Positions 46,618-60,670 are shown, numbered from the stretch's first letter. The stretch: DNA of 64,000 bases from Flaccisagitta enflata (GCA_965153355.1 OZ231126.1:13268001-13332000), one strand, 5' to 3'. Notes: generated by a model not told the origin, from the letters alone. Numbers and translations: made by a program.

Positions 46618-46885
46618 AAAGTCTCTTCTTTGATAAATCGATTTTTACAACCGCATTTTTCCATTTGTAACTCTTAATCTGAAGGAATCGAAAGTTCGTG
46701 CAAGCGACGATGAGCGAAAGACGAGAGACAGAGACAGAGACAAAGGCGACAAATGAGAGATTAAGACAAAGAGTCAAGGATAGAGACAGAGACAGAGACA
46801 CCCACCACACACATACACGAGAGACCACCCAGAATATCGGATATCATCCTTCTTTCTCGTCATTTGCCTCTTCTCAGGTTCTTTT

Positions 46886-47049
<164 letters not shown>

Positions 47050-47590
47050 GACTCTGTTTCTTAGGTATATTTAAAAACAATGATCGAACAAAGTCCAGGA
47101 CATCGTCCTGCGCACTGTGGTCTGTTGTTGTTAAAACAGGAGGCATAGTACTGTTCTGACTTTATTGATTTCGCAATAAGATAATGTCCATAAAAGATAA
47201 TGATAATGAAATATCTTATTGCTTTATATATTGAAACAAAGATAACTTGGACAATAAATGTTTTAAACAAAACTAAGCAAACGAAACAATAGTGATAATG
47301 ATGTTTATTAGATTACATTTATGAATTTTTGATGGGAATTATTGCAAACTAGGAGTGATGAATGTAGAACCTGGTCCATAACTATTTGTAAGCCCTCTCC
47401 CTTATACTTTATTTTGTATGTGGTGATAGGTATCAATATACACATGTTAAAGGATAAAAGTTGAATGAAAGTAGTCCGGAATTAAATTTGCGAAGATTTC
47501 CTAATCCAACCCAGAGTGCCAACTCTTGATCTCGTTTGTCACGGTTGTCATTAAGGATCATGCATCAATTTAAATCAGTTTACTTAAAAA

Positions 47591-47674
<84 letters not shown>

Positions 47675-48393
47675 CAGAGACAGGAACAGAGAGAGACAGA
47701 CAGACATATAGAGACAGAGACAGAGACAGTGAGAGACAGTGCCAGAGAGACAGAGAGAGACAGAAAGAGACGGACAGTCAGACAGCAAGATAGAGAGACA
47801 GATGGAAACTTTAAATCAGTCACAAAGCAAGTCATTGTTACATTAGTCAACAATCGATCAATCAATGAGTGCATGTATTATTATGTATATTTCCTGAAAC
47901 ATTGACCTTCGATCTGTTATTTCCTGAATATGAAATGGTGAGAAAGTGGGAACTTCCGAAGTTGGTTGGTTATTTTTGTTTTCACAACCAACGGCATTGA
48001 TCTTTAAGATTTCAATGATTTGTCAAATTTATATGTGTCAGTTTTTTTTATGTCGTAACGACTTGTCAAGTCAATTTTTAAAGTAACAACATCAAATTTA
48101 CTTTCTGCCAATTCATGAGTAACAAAGATGTTCGTTATCTTTACAAGCGTACATGAATCTCCTTTGTAGTCCATTCTGACGTAGTTGTTCCAACGAAGCA
48201 TGACTTTTAAATCATAAAGGTTTGAATTATTCATTTCAGGCTAGTTTGGATTGTCGTGCATGGAATGACTAGTTATGCTTTGTCTCTTTGACCCAATCAC
48301 ATGTTTATGTGTATAAAACCAGTTGTGAAAGTATAAAACCTTGTCCCACACCCATTCAACACAACTTAACATAGCATAACGTTTCCCATGCAG

Positions 48394-48663
48394 AAAAATT
48401 CGTGGAGACGACGACGAAAACTTACCACCAAGAGTCCTCCTCTTCCTCCTCCTCCTCCGCCTCCGGCCACCATCACATCTCCCCTTCTCACGCCTCTCCC
48501 TCCTCCGCCTCCTCCTCCTCCAAATCGGCCGCATCTCTCAGACCGAATTTGAGTCCCAATGCTAACCAAATCTCATCCGGGTCTTCCTTCGTTTCTCCGC
48601 CGACTTCCGGGGGAAATCCCGGCATTTCACCGGGAGGATCCTCAGGAGCCGGAAGCGTGACCA
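48394..48663 (+). CDS. Tbx20: Tbx20-like predicted coding exon 2 (Ser/Gly-rich linker, 270 nt, phase 1-1)
   Basis: Acceptor gtttcccatgCAG (48391-48393) and donor A|GTAAGT (48664). The frame continues exon 1 (G+AA=E, KFVETTTKTYHQESSSS...GAGSVT) with the same low-complexity composition. Confidence 0.7.
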
Positions 48664-48721
48664 GTAAGTTGCTCGTTATTGACGGTGGATGTGTAAGTTG
48701 TTCGTTATTGACAGTTGATGA
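48664..48721 (+). repeat. 29-bp tandem duplication of the intron 2 donor
   Basis: GTAAGTTGCTCGTTATTGACGGTGGATGT followed by GTAAGTTGTTCGTTATTGACAGTTGATGA. Confidence 0.85.
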
Positions 48722-48839
48722 GTTAATGTCCGCCACTGACGAGTGATGACAAAGTGTTGACTACCGATGGGTGATGGTTGAGTGTTCGCTTCTGCCGGGT
48801 ATTTCATAAGCGTGCATTGTATGCATTGTATCTCCTTAT

Positions 48840-49291
48840 ATACTTATTCCAGATGATGGTGGTGATCATGCTTCCATGTGTTATAACTCCTGTCTTGTTT
48901 CTTCTCAATGTTGGTGGCGGATGCTTTCATGTGTTCCAACTCCTGTCTCATTTCGTCCAGATGGTGGTGGCGGATGTTTTCATGTGTTACAATCCCTGTC
49001 TTGTTCCTTCCAGATGGTGGTGGCGGATGTTTTCATGTGTTACAATCCCTGTCTTTTTTCTTCCAGATGGTGGTGGCGGATGATTTCATGTGTTACAATC
49101 CCTGTCTTTTTTATTCCAGATGGTGGTGGCGGATGATTTCATGTGTTCCAACTCCTGTCTTATTTCGTCCAGATGGTGGTGGCGGATGATTTCATGTGTT
49201 ACAATCCCTGTCTTGTTTCTTCCAGATGGTGGTGGCGGATGTTTTCATGCGTTACAATCCCTATCTTGTTTCTTCCAGATGGTGGTGGCGG
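48840..49291 (+). repeat. 53-bp tandem array spanning the intron 2/exon 3 junction
   Basis: Unit is about ATGGTGGTGGCGGATG(A/T)TTTCATGTGTTACAATCCCTGTCTTGTTTCTTCCAG. Post-AG starts are at 48961, 49014, 49067, 49120, 49173, 49226 and 49279, with diverged copies near 48853 and 48908. Confidence 0.95.
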
Positions 49292-49426
49292 TGGAAACAC
49301 AGGAGTCGTTGTTCAACAACAAGGTTCCGAAGATCTGTCTTCCATTCAATGTCATTTAGAGACCAAAGAATTGTGGGATAAATTCAACGAACTCGGCACA
49401 GAGATGATAATCACAAAGTCAGGGAG
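49279..49426 (+). CDS. Tbx20: Tbx20-like predicted coding exon 3: start of the T-box DNA-binding domain
   Basis: Encodes GGGGGNTGVVVQQQGSEDLSSIQCHLETKELWDKFNELGTEMIITKSGR. LETKELWDKF.ELGTEMIITKSGR matches the Tbx20/H15/midline T-box start as I recall it. Acceptor ttgtttcttcCAG; donor AG|GTAAGT at 49427 (phase 2), at the GR/R position where T-box genes commonly have an intron. Confidence 0.93.
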
Positions 49427-50089
49427 GTAAGTCATTTTTAAAACTCATTTTGAAACCAGCTGTCGTAAGCCACGCCACGCATTGGCATTACTCTTGGGTA
49501 GAGAAAGTGGAAAATCTGGACTTTGGATGATTGCTACTTCCCACGGGCACCACTTTTTTCATGGCCTGGCAAACTTAAGTTTCATTAACAGTGTGTGGTC
49601 CTTGTGGTCCTTACTTTCTACCCATTTCTTTAATTTCTTAAATCTCACCTAATGTCTGTCTTATGGTCAGTATGGTCACCCCTGTCCTCTACCCATATGG
49701 CCCCACTTTATCCTCTTATCATGATCATGGGATATATTTCTCAGTTTTGACCAGATTCTGTCCCAAAGAGCCTAATTCCATCACGCAAAAAGACGGTCTT
49801 GTGTAGACGTGGTATTTCGCTGCCGTCTTTACTTTATAAAAACATGAATGAGCTTCATTGATAAGTTTCGTCGTGAAAGCATGATTAGTTATATGACGAG
49901 CGGTTGTTAAAATTCCTTCGGGCATTAAATCTATGTCGACGTCTTCGTTAATTTATGACATTCAACATTTAAAGGGCAATACATGAGCCTCCATTACAAA
50001 ACGTTGTTGATTGAAATCGCAACTCAGATTTATGTTTCATGCCTTATTAATCAATTAACTATGGTTGTAGGAAAACAAGTACTTTTAAG

Positions 50090-50235
50090 TCTTCTTCTTC
50101 TTCTTCTTCTTCTTCTTCTTCTTCTTCTTTTTCTTTTTCTTTTTCTTTTTCTTTTTCTTTTTCTTTTTCTTCTTCTTCTTCTTCTTCTTCTTCTTCTTCT
50201 TCTTCTTCTTCTTCTTCTTCTTCTTCTTCTTCTTC

Positions 50236-50266
<31 letters not shown>

Positions 50267-50425
50267 TTTCTTTTTCTTTTTCTTTTTCTTTTCTTTTTCT
50301 TTTTCTTTTTCTTTTTCTTTTTCTTTTCCTTTTCTTCTTTTTCTTTTCTTTTTCTTTTTCTTTCTTTCTTTTTCTTTCTTCTTCTTCTTCTTCTTCTTCT
50401 TCTTCTTCTTCTTCTTCTTCTTCGT
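50090..50425. repeat. (CTT)n/(CTTTTT)n tract
   Basis: Directly visible. Confidence 0.95.
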
Positions 50426-51744
50426 TATTTCTCTAATCTCCGAATGATTTACACTTTCATGAAATACACAAATCTGAACAAAGCATGTAATTACATGCAA
50501 TTTGTCGAAGACGTTAAGTGCTGCTTCATGCTTCAATGTCCTCTGACTGAGTTCGTTTCATAGATTAAATCTCTGCGTAATGAAAATCGGCAGTGTTAAA
50601 GATTTCAGCAAAGGAGGAGCGAAAGAGTGTGCAATGGTTGACAAAGCAGCCGTCATGTATCATAACATTAACAGTAAAATGGCATAACCAATCAATAAGA
50701 ATAGGAAAATATATCTAGGATAAAATAAGCAAGGAATCCAAAGACTAGAAAAAAAAGAACAGAAAAAGGATCTCAAAAGGGGAAGAAATAATTACAAGAA
50801 GAAAAAAATTCAAAGAAAAAATAGAAAATGACCGGTAACAAAAAAAAAAAAAAAAAAAAAAGAAAACACATATTTCCTCCACGCTTGTCAAATTACATTC
50901 CTTTTGCCCCCCGCCGCTTTTACAACCTCTGAAGGCATTGTTGAAAATTGATATTTGGTATTCCTGTTTTGAAATTGGCAAACTATATCTACGGCTCGAA
51001 TGCGCAAAAGAAAAAAAAACAAAACAAACAAAAAAAAAAAAAAAAAAAAGAACGAGGGAAACAATATTTTGTTAAGTTTTGTGATTGTGGGAGAAATAAA
51101 AAGAACGATGTTGTCAAAAAGAAACTATATTTTACGCGGTATATCATTTGCGTTTTCTACTGGAGATTTGTTCTTGAACGTGTTTATTTTGTATTGAAGA
51201 AACTCCGTTGTTGTCGATGTTGTCATAGTCGTTGCTTGCGTATTCGTCCTTCCGTTGGTTGTTGTCGATGTTGTCATCGTCGTTGCTCACGTAGTCGTCG
51301 TTGCTATTGGTTTTGTTGTTTTTGTCGATGCCTTTGGTCTCAATTCTCAAACAGGTGTTGTCGCACTTTTATACTTTCCTACATTTTTTTAGCAATTGTG
51401 CTCGTTAGACGTAACTCACGTTTGCTTGTGATAAAACACTGTCTCGGTGTTTAACTGTAACACAACTGTCAAATGGCAAATACAAAGCCAAGAAGTCCCT
51501 TAAAAGTTGAAAGGCAGAATAGTTGATAATTGATGTTTGATAGATGATACATGATTCACCCACGTAACTTTTGTCAACAACAAAATCTGGAAAGTCAGCT
51601 TCGAACTTTAAATCGAATAGTATTGACATATTTTATGCACAGTTAGCTTCTCAAGTCCATGGCCTACACTCTCTTAGATGCCTCACCTGTGGCCCTCCCT
51701 ATTCCATCTGTCTCTTGCCCTCCTTTTCTTTTACTCTCCTCCAT

Positions 51745-51810
<66 letters not shown>

Positions 51811-52074
51811 CTAGTTCCCTCTCAATGACAGATTGGCAAATTGGCAACTTCACGAATTGGCAACATATCTTCATGCTTCATCTTCTTCGCTCTCCATCTC
51901 TTTCTCCATCTGTCTTTCTTTCCAACTGTCCTTCTGTCTCACTGTCAGTCAATGTCTTTCTGTCTATTTTGTTCTCTCAAGAATCAGTCTACTTTGAAAA
52001 ACATTTTGAAATTCCATGTTTTTCAGCCGTATGGCTCTGTATGGCTAATTTCGTCTTTATGTGTGTGAGCTAAT

Positions 52075-52920
<846 letters not shown>

Positions 52921-53959
52921 AGTTAGCGTTGTTGTTTTGATCATTTTGTTGATTTCATCAATGAATGAAACGTGTCAAAAAAACTGACGAAGTGCGAATG
53001 AAAAAGTGTCAAAAGAAGGAAAAGAAAACAAGAATCTTGAGCTTCCGTTTCTCCGCTTCAGGAATTTCTCTCCCCTTTCTCGTTCTTACTTTGGCTTGGT
53101 GATATTTCTGTTGGAGATACCAGTACAGCTACACCCCGCAATACCAAATCCAAGAGTAACGGCAATCTGACAATAAACCAACCATTAATGGACACAGAAT
53201 CTTGGTCTCTCATGTCATACCTTTTATCACATATATTGGCAATTGTGGAAATCTGTTTATAATAGATAGAATTTGTTTAGCCCGTGGAATTTGTTATTCT
53301 GGGGCTCATTTGCGTCTCTTAAGATGGAATGAGCGGATCATTCCGCTTAGGAAATTTGCGAAAGTTTCGTCCCTGGCATCCCTAGGGATGCCAGGGGATC
53401 CCTGCCTGGCCGTGGAAGACCATGCCATGGGCGTGAAGTCGCACGAAGCGTTCGACAAGTGTACTCTTGAAGCTCACTGCGCATTAAATCCAATGTCATT
53501 GATGAAAGTATTGATTCATTCGCCTCAAATATATCATCACCCAATTTTCGGGATGGAGATTTGTTACCATTCGCATTCTTTACCAAAAATTTGTCTCCTT
53601 AATTACCTGACTTTTCACTTATTCTCCGTTTCCGTCTGACAACTTCAATGAAGGAAAGGAATCCGCCTAATCGGAAGCGAAATCTGCATCACCGCAATAT
53701 GCAAATCAGACTTTTGCTTCAGCGCGCGAGCGGTCGCGCAGCTTGAATAGGCGGGGAAAGATTTTATTTGTTCTTCCTATTCAGTCTTTTCCTTTTTGCG
53801 GGTTTTCTTTGCTTCTTTTCTTTTTCTATCTTTTTGCGCGCGAGCCAAAAAAAAAAAGTGATGAACCATTATGATAAGACAAATTTATTCATTGGAGAAG
53901 GATTAGACTCGGGCCGTAAAATGGTGGCTCCTCGTCATCAACTTCGTCGCTGTTGCTAT

Positions 53960-53991
<32 letters not shown>

Positions 53992-54092
53992 ATTGTCGTC
54001 GTCGTCGTTGTCGCCGTCAATACCATGATCGCCGAAGCTATGCAAGTTGCTGCATTGAATGATGATACAGCCAGAACCCTTATCTAAAAGTC

Positions 54093-54228
<136 letters not shown>

Positions 54229-55023
54229 GTTCATTTGCGTCTCGTTTGTGTCAACCTCCACAATCGTCATTGTTTCCATGATTGATGTCCTAAGAGCGGT
54301 GACGTGTTCTGCATGTGAGGACATAATATTGTATATTTGCAGAATGGAGACTCAATTCAAAATTGGTTGCCTTTGTTAACTTGGGTTTAATGATTTAGTA
54401 ACTGATAGCAAATCTATGCAAATTAGAGGTAAATTGAAATATTGATATTCATTACGTTCTTTTCAAATCAGCTACGTGACTAATTTCAACTCAGCACCTA
54501 AGCACCTCAATATGTAATCAAGGGCTCTGGTTAGTCTGTTGGTCGGTCGGTCTGTCGTTTGGTTCGAAACGTATTAGCTCATGCCCACAAGGCGCGCCAG
54601 TTTGCCAGCTTGGGGCCTTGTTTTTCTCCAGACTAGCCGTTTAAAAAAAAAGAAATGACGCATTTTCTTTTGTCACATTGTCAGTTGCAGAGAGGCGATG
54701 ACGCGAAAGAAGATTTCCATTTCTGCTTTATTTGCGTTTTCTATTTGTTTAAGACCGACGAAAATGATAACGAAAACAACGCTCACAAAGTTGAACCGAA
54801 GATAGAAGAAAAAAGGTTATCTTGCTTTTTTCTTCTTCACGCTTTCAACGTCTGTTCTTTCTTCCCTTTATTCGTCTTTATGTTGGTTTTACTGTTGTTC
54901 GGCCTGACTCTGTTTGCCTGCTTTCATTGTCTGTTGTTCTTTCCTTCGTGGTTGTGCTTTAAAACTGTTTTATTGTTGGTCAGTCTGACTCTGTTTTGAA
55001 ATTTTGTCCCGTACTCTCGTTTA

Positions 55024-55241
55024 GTAACAAGGTGTGCAAAAAACCTTGCACTGGTACTCTAGCTTACAAAACATAAAAATCATCCTTACAGATGGCCTTT
55101 GTGATGAAATTTGAATTGAAGTATCCCTACGGTAACTATATACTATGATAAAATGTTCGTAAAACTGAGCCAAGTGGAAGCATGCTTCTTACATCCTGTA
55201 TGCTTCAGCATCTGTGCAAAATTTTTTGCACACCCTGTTAC
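55024..55241. mobile_element. Small MITE
   Basis: gtaacaaggtgtgcaaaaaa / ttttttgcacaccctgttac, a 20-bp IR with 1 mismatch. The TSD is unclear. Confidence 0.6.
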
Positions 55242-56084
55242 GGACTCGCCTGTCGCTGTCTCTGTCGCTGTCTCTGTCTTCTTTTTTTCTGAAATGGCCA
55301 TAAATCCTTGACTCATACTTTCTTTCCTACATGTGCCACCTTTTGTAAACTGACAATCATTTACACGCGAATTTGATTAGAATATAAAGAACAACCCTAT
55401 TACAGAACAAGGTCAAAATGGAGCAAAACCAGGAGAGAAAGAATAAAAGGAAGAAAACATGATAAAGCATCAAATCACACAAAAAAGTTGAACATGAATG
55501 ACCCAAAAAGAAATGGGCTAACAATAGAATAAAAAGAGGGAAGCAAAAATGCGGATGACCCATAAAAAGGAAAAGAGACGAAAAAAGAAGAGAGACCTTT
55601 ACAAGAATAGAATAGAAACCCCCAAAAAGATGGAATAGGTACGATCCGCATCCCAAACCCCCCTTCCTCCCCCCCCCCCACCCTTGAACCTCCTCCTGCG
55701 CGTGTTTTATGTTAAGGAGAGAAACGACGACTGGAATTGTCATAACAACCGACTTTTGGGTGTGGCTGAAAACGAGGCCGCGTCTCATTCAGACCCGGCC
55801 GCCGCATCGAGGCCAATCGAGGCCAAATCGGCGGTGGAGGCAGCGGTGGTGGCGGCAGCGGCGGCCGTTTTTGGGGTATCACCCTAAATCCAAAGCTTGA
55901 GGAGCAAATCAAGCGGAAAACAGGACGGAAAAGAAGAAAGGAAAAATGAAAAGGGAAAGATTTTCCATGTGTCTAAGCCTCTTTCATGCTGAAGGCTGAA
56001 GACGGGGCGCTCGTGGAATGAGAGTGTAGGAAGAAAAGTGAAATAAGAGTGAAGGAAAAGTGAAAGAAGAATAGTCGCAAAAGC

Positions 56085-56659
56085 GTTAGATGGTCAGCGG
56101 TACCCGTGCCCTGCCTAAGTTGGTTGTGGTTGAAGTTGAGGGGGGAGCAGGGCAGCGGCCCCGAAGGGGTCGATGACCTATGCTTTCACACATATGGGGG
56201 ATTTTCTCCTCCTCCTCCTTCTTCTTCTCCTCCTCCTCCTCCTCCTCCTCCGTCCCTCCCCCTCAAATCCCAGTCCCGAGGCCCAAATCCCAGCCTCAAG
56301 GCCCAAATCCTAGCCTCAAGCCCTAAATCCTAGCCTGGAGGCTGAGATTTGGGCCTCAAGGTTGGGATCTGGGCCTCCTGGCTGAGATTTTGACCTTGAG
56401 GCTGAGATTTGGGCGTCACGGCTGAAATCTGGGCCTCCAGGCTAGGATTTAGGCCTTGAGGCTAGGATTTGGGCCTTGAGGCTGGGATTTGGGCCTCAAG
56501 ACTGGGATTTGGGCCTCGAGACTGGAATTTGGGCCTCGGGACTGGGATTTGAGGGGGGTGGACGGAGAAGAAGGAGGAGAAGAAGAAGAAGGAGGAGGAG
56601 GAGAAAATCCCCCATATGTGTGAAAGCATAGGTCATCGACCCCTTCGGGGCCGCTGCCC
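56085..56659 (-). mobile_element. Family A element in foldback configuration
   Basis: About 75-bp perfect IR gggcagcggccccgaaggggtcgatgacctatgctttcacacatatgggggattttctcctcc at 56150, inverse ending 56659, continued by oppositely oriented 21-bp arrays. The tail lies at 56085-56149. Confidence 0.85.
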
Positions 56660-57215
56660 AAAAGTGAGAGAAGAATAAGGAAAATAGATTGAAAGAAGAG
56701 AAGCGAACGAAGAAGAGTAAAAAAGAGTGAAGGAAAAGTAAAACAAGGTAAAAGACAAGTGTAAGAAGAAATGTGAGAGAATAAAACTGAAAGAAGAAAA
56801 AATGAGGCGATGATGGCAAGAACGTGTAAACGCTGACAAAAATCTCAAGTCTGTGAGATTCCTGAAGGCAGAATTAGAAAAAAGTTATGAGAAATTGGAG
56901 TGTTGCGGGGTGAATTAGGACATTTCCTAAGTAGTGCTAGTGATGGAAATGGTACATACATAGAAAAGAAAGAGAGAATACAGTAGGAAAGACCTTGTAG
57001 ATGAAGCGATGGGGATTTGCAAGAAGAAGACGTAACTTCGATGAAGCTGTCGCGTTTGCGGTTTAAAGAGATGCAAAGCAAGTCTATCAGAATAAAATCA
57101 GTCTTTGGGCCTTTTTAAGGCCCAAGTAGATCCTTTATGGGGCGCACGGGTGTTACGATTACGAATTTAGGGAGAAATCCGCCCAAAATTGGACAAAACG
57201 TCGCGGTTAAGGTTC

Positions 57216-57375
<160 letters not shown>

Positions 57376-57758
57376 AGCGGGGATTGGAGGAGAGTATTAA
57401 TGGCAATTTGATCGGAAAGAAAGGGAGGATTAATATCATCTTTTGTCAAGGGAGACAGAGACAGAGAGAGAGAGTGAAAGAGAGACAGAGACAGAGACAG
57501 AGACACAGACAGAAAGAGAGACAGAGAGACAGAGACAGAGACAGAGAGATATCATGAAGGCATTTCGCCGTGTGTCACCCAAAAACACAGTCTTATGACG
57601 TCGTAAATAAGGAAAATCCGTCAACGTCCCAAATCCTTCCGTTGTTATCGTTTCCTTCATCAACGTCATCGTCGTTGTCGTCGTCGTCGTTGTCGTCGTC
57701 ATCCTCGTCGTCGTCGTTGTCGTCGTCGTCGTCGTCATCGTTGTCGTCGTCATCTTCA

Positions 57759-57791
<33 letters not shown>

Positions 57792-58396
57792 TCGTCGTCG
57801 TTCTTGTTGTTTGTGGCTTCCAAATGATAACATCGTGACGGTGTTTTGGCTCATGCAGCAAATTTCGGTCTTTACCCCATTCCATAAACACAACCACCAC
57901 CTTTTTCACCCTCCTCCCTTGCCACAACCTTTGTCACCCCCCTCTTTTCACCATCTTTGTCACCCCCTTCTTATTACAACCTTTGTCACCCCCTCCTTGC
58001 CACCAACTTATAGACCCTCTTCTTTACCTACATCACTGTCACGTCTTTTCCACAGTACCAGCTCAAGTATGAGTTGTTTCGTTTTCATTCACTATCAAAA
58101 CTGCCGTTTTTAACCGGGCTACCACAACCTCCACAGCCATCATTTTCGTAGAAATATTTCTGTTGATTCTTCAATGCGTCTCGCATTTTTGTAACCACTC
58201 GGCACACTGACGCATATGTGTGCATATACTCGCAACGTACATGCGCACATATGTTTTATATGCGCGTTTGTGTGTGCGCGTGTGTGCGCGTGTGTGTGCG
58301 CGCGAGCGTGAAATTTGCGCGGTTGCTCATCCGCGACTACGCAAATGCGCTCACAAACGCCGTAAAAAAGGGACAGAGAAAACAAAATAATGGTGC

Positions 58397-58544
58397 AGAT
58401 GTCGGCTGAGCAGATGAGCGAGTTGACGGCTCTAAAGACGTGAGTTAGCTTGAGTCTGAGATGTCGGCTGAGCAGATGAGTGAGTTGACGGCTCTAAAGA
58501 CGTGAGTTAGCTTCAGTCTGAGGTGTTGGCTGAGCAGATGAGTG
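58397..58544. repeat. 62-bp tandem repeat, about 2.4 copies
   Basis: agatgtcggctgagcagatgag... at 58397, 58459 and 58521. Confidence 0.9.
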
Positions 58545-58926
58545 TGGTGATGGCTTAATACACCAGTCGTCAATATCACTTGTTCTATTAATCCTAGTGA
58601 ATAAATTGACTCAAACGTATGTTGCATTGTTATCCACTGGCAAAAATGAATGCAATCCCTTGTAAAAAGACACGAACATTCGTTTCTTGTCAGTCTTCCT
58701 CTTATTCCAAATCCAAACAAATCTTCGCCTGGTATCTTTTAAATGGCCACCACCTGTCTACTTAATCTCTTTCCTCCTTTTGCTCCTTCATCAACTTATA
58801 TCTTCTTCTGATTCTTCTTCTGCTTCCTCTTCTTCTTCTTCTTCTTCTTCTTCTTCTTCTTCTTCTTCTTCTTCTTCTTCTTCTTCTTCTTCTTCTTCTT
58901 CTTCTTCTTTTTTTCTTATTTCCATA

Positions 58927-59018
<92 letters not shown>

Positions 59019-59028
59019 TTATTCTTCC

Positions 59029-59069
<41 letters not shown>

Positions 59070-59433
59070 TTCTTCTTCTTCTTCTTCTTCTTCTTCTTCT
59101 TCTTCTTCTTCTTCTTCTTCTTCTTCTGCTTCTTCTTCTTCTTCCTCTTCTCCTGCTTCTTCTTCTTCTTCTTCACCTTTTCCTATCTTTCTGTGGTGCG
59201 CACAGGCGCCGCGTCCATCTTTCAAGGCAGATGCATTTCAACGTCATTGAAGAGTTTTAGAAGATGGAGGAAAGTGGAGGAGGAAGAAGAAGAAGAGAAG
59301 GAGGAAGAAGAAAAGGAGGAGGAAGAAGAAGGAAAGGAGGAAAGGTAGAAAGAGATAACCGTCTTCGGTGCTAAGACGATCCATCACCTGCAGACTTGAC
59401 CGGGATGAAGACGTGAAGGAGGAAAAGAAGGAG

Positions 59434-59478
<45 letters not shown>

Positions 59479-59989
59479 AACCGACCTCTGCTGATTTTCA
59501 TGAGATAAAAAGAAACAATTTATAACGGATCCACACGCTCGCACGCGCTTACACGCGCACATGGACATGCGTGGAGTCGTGGACACACACTCGCACCAAC
59601 ACGGGCACAACATATTATGTACGCGTGTTACTGGTTCCCAGAGAACGTATGTTTAAGCGCGCGTTTGTGCATCTTTTGACGTTATCTAAAGGTACTCATC
59701 CTATTTCATTCATGTGCAAATCATCAGATTTTTGTTCTATTCAGTTCTCACAGCCATTTTAGTAACCCTTTACGCTCCATCTCAACTGACCCAGACCCAT
59801 TGCAACTGAATCCCATATCAACCCTTTAAACCCATTTCAACGATTTCAGCCTCATTTCTACTTCACTTCTCTCACACCCCCATTTCAAATGATTCCCATT
59901 TCAGCCGCCTCAAGAGACCCTAAAACGCGTCTCGCCTTTCTTCAACTCAAGTGGCAAAATCGACCTTTGCGAAATTCTTTCACTGTCGC

Positions 59990-60104
<115 letters not shown>

Positions 60105-60379
60105 GCCTTCTCCGTCACTTTCTCACTCTCTCACGGTCCCGCGTGTTTTCTAATTCAAGAGGGAGATCGATTTTGTCTGGCACTATGCATATAATCAAAT
60201 TTCTATTTGTACTAATCATATCTTCTTCTTCTTCTTTGTCACTTCTTCTTTCCTTCTTTCTTCATCTTTCCTTCTTTCTTCATCTTTTCATCTTTTTTTT
60301 ATTCTTCCTTCCCTCTTCAAACCCTTCTTTCATACTCTGTTGAGTTTCTTCTCATAGCTTTGACAACCCCTTTGCGGCG

Positions 60380-60394
60380 TTGTTGTCGTCGTCG

Positions 60395-60458
<64 letters not shown>

Positions 60459-60466
60459 GGTTGTGG

Positions 60467-60557
<91 letters not shown>

Positions 60558-60670
60558 GGTCGTCGTGGTTGTTGTCGTGGTTGCGGTTGTGGTTGTGGTT
60601 GTGGTAATTGTTGTTGTTGCTGTTGTTGTTGTGGTTGTGGTTGTGGTTGTGGTTGTGGTTGTGGTTGTGG

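Noticed and set aside
48840-49291. CRISPR-like regular array
   Set aside because: The whole 53-bp unit repeats with no unique spacers, the context is a eukaryotic intron, and there are no cas genes.
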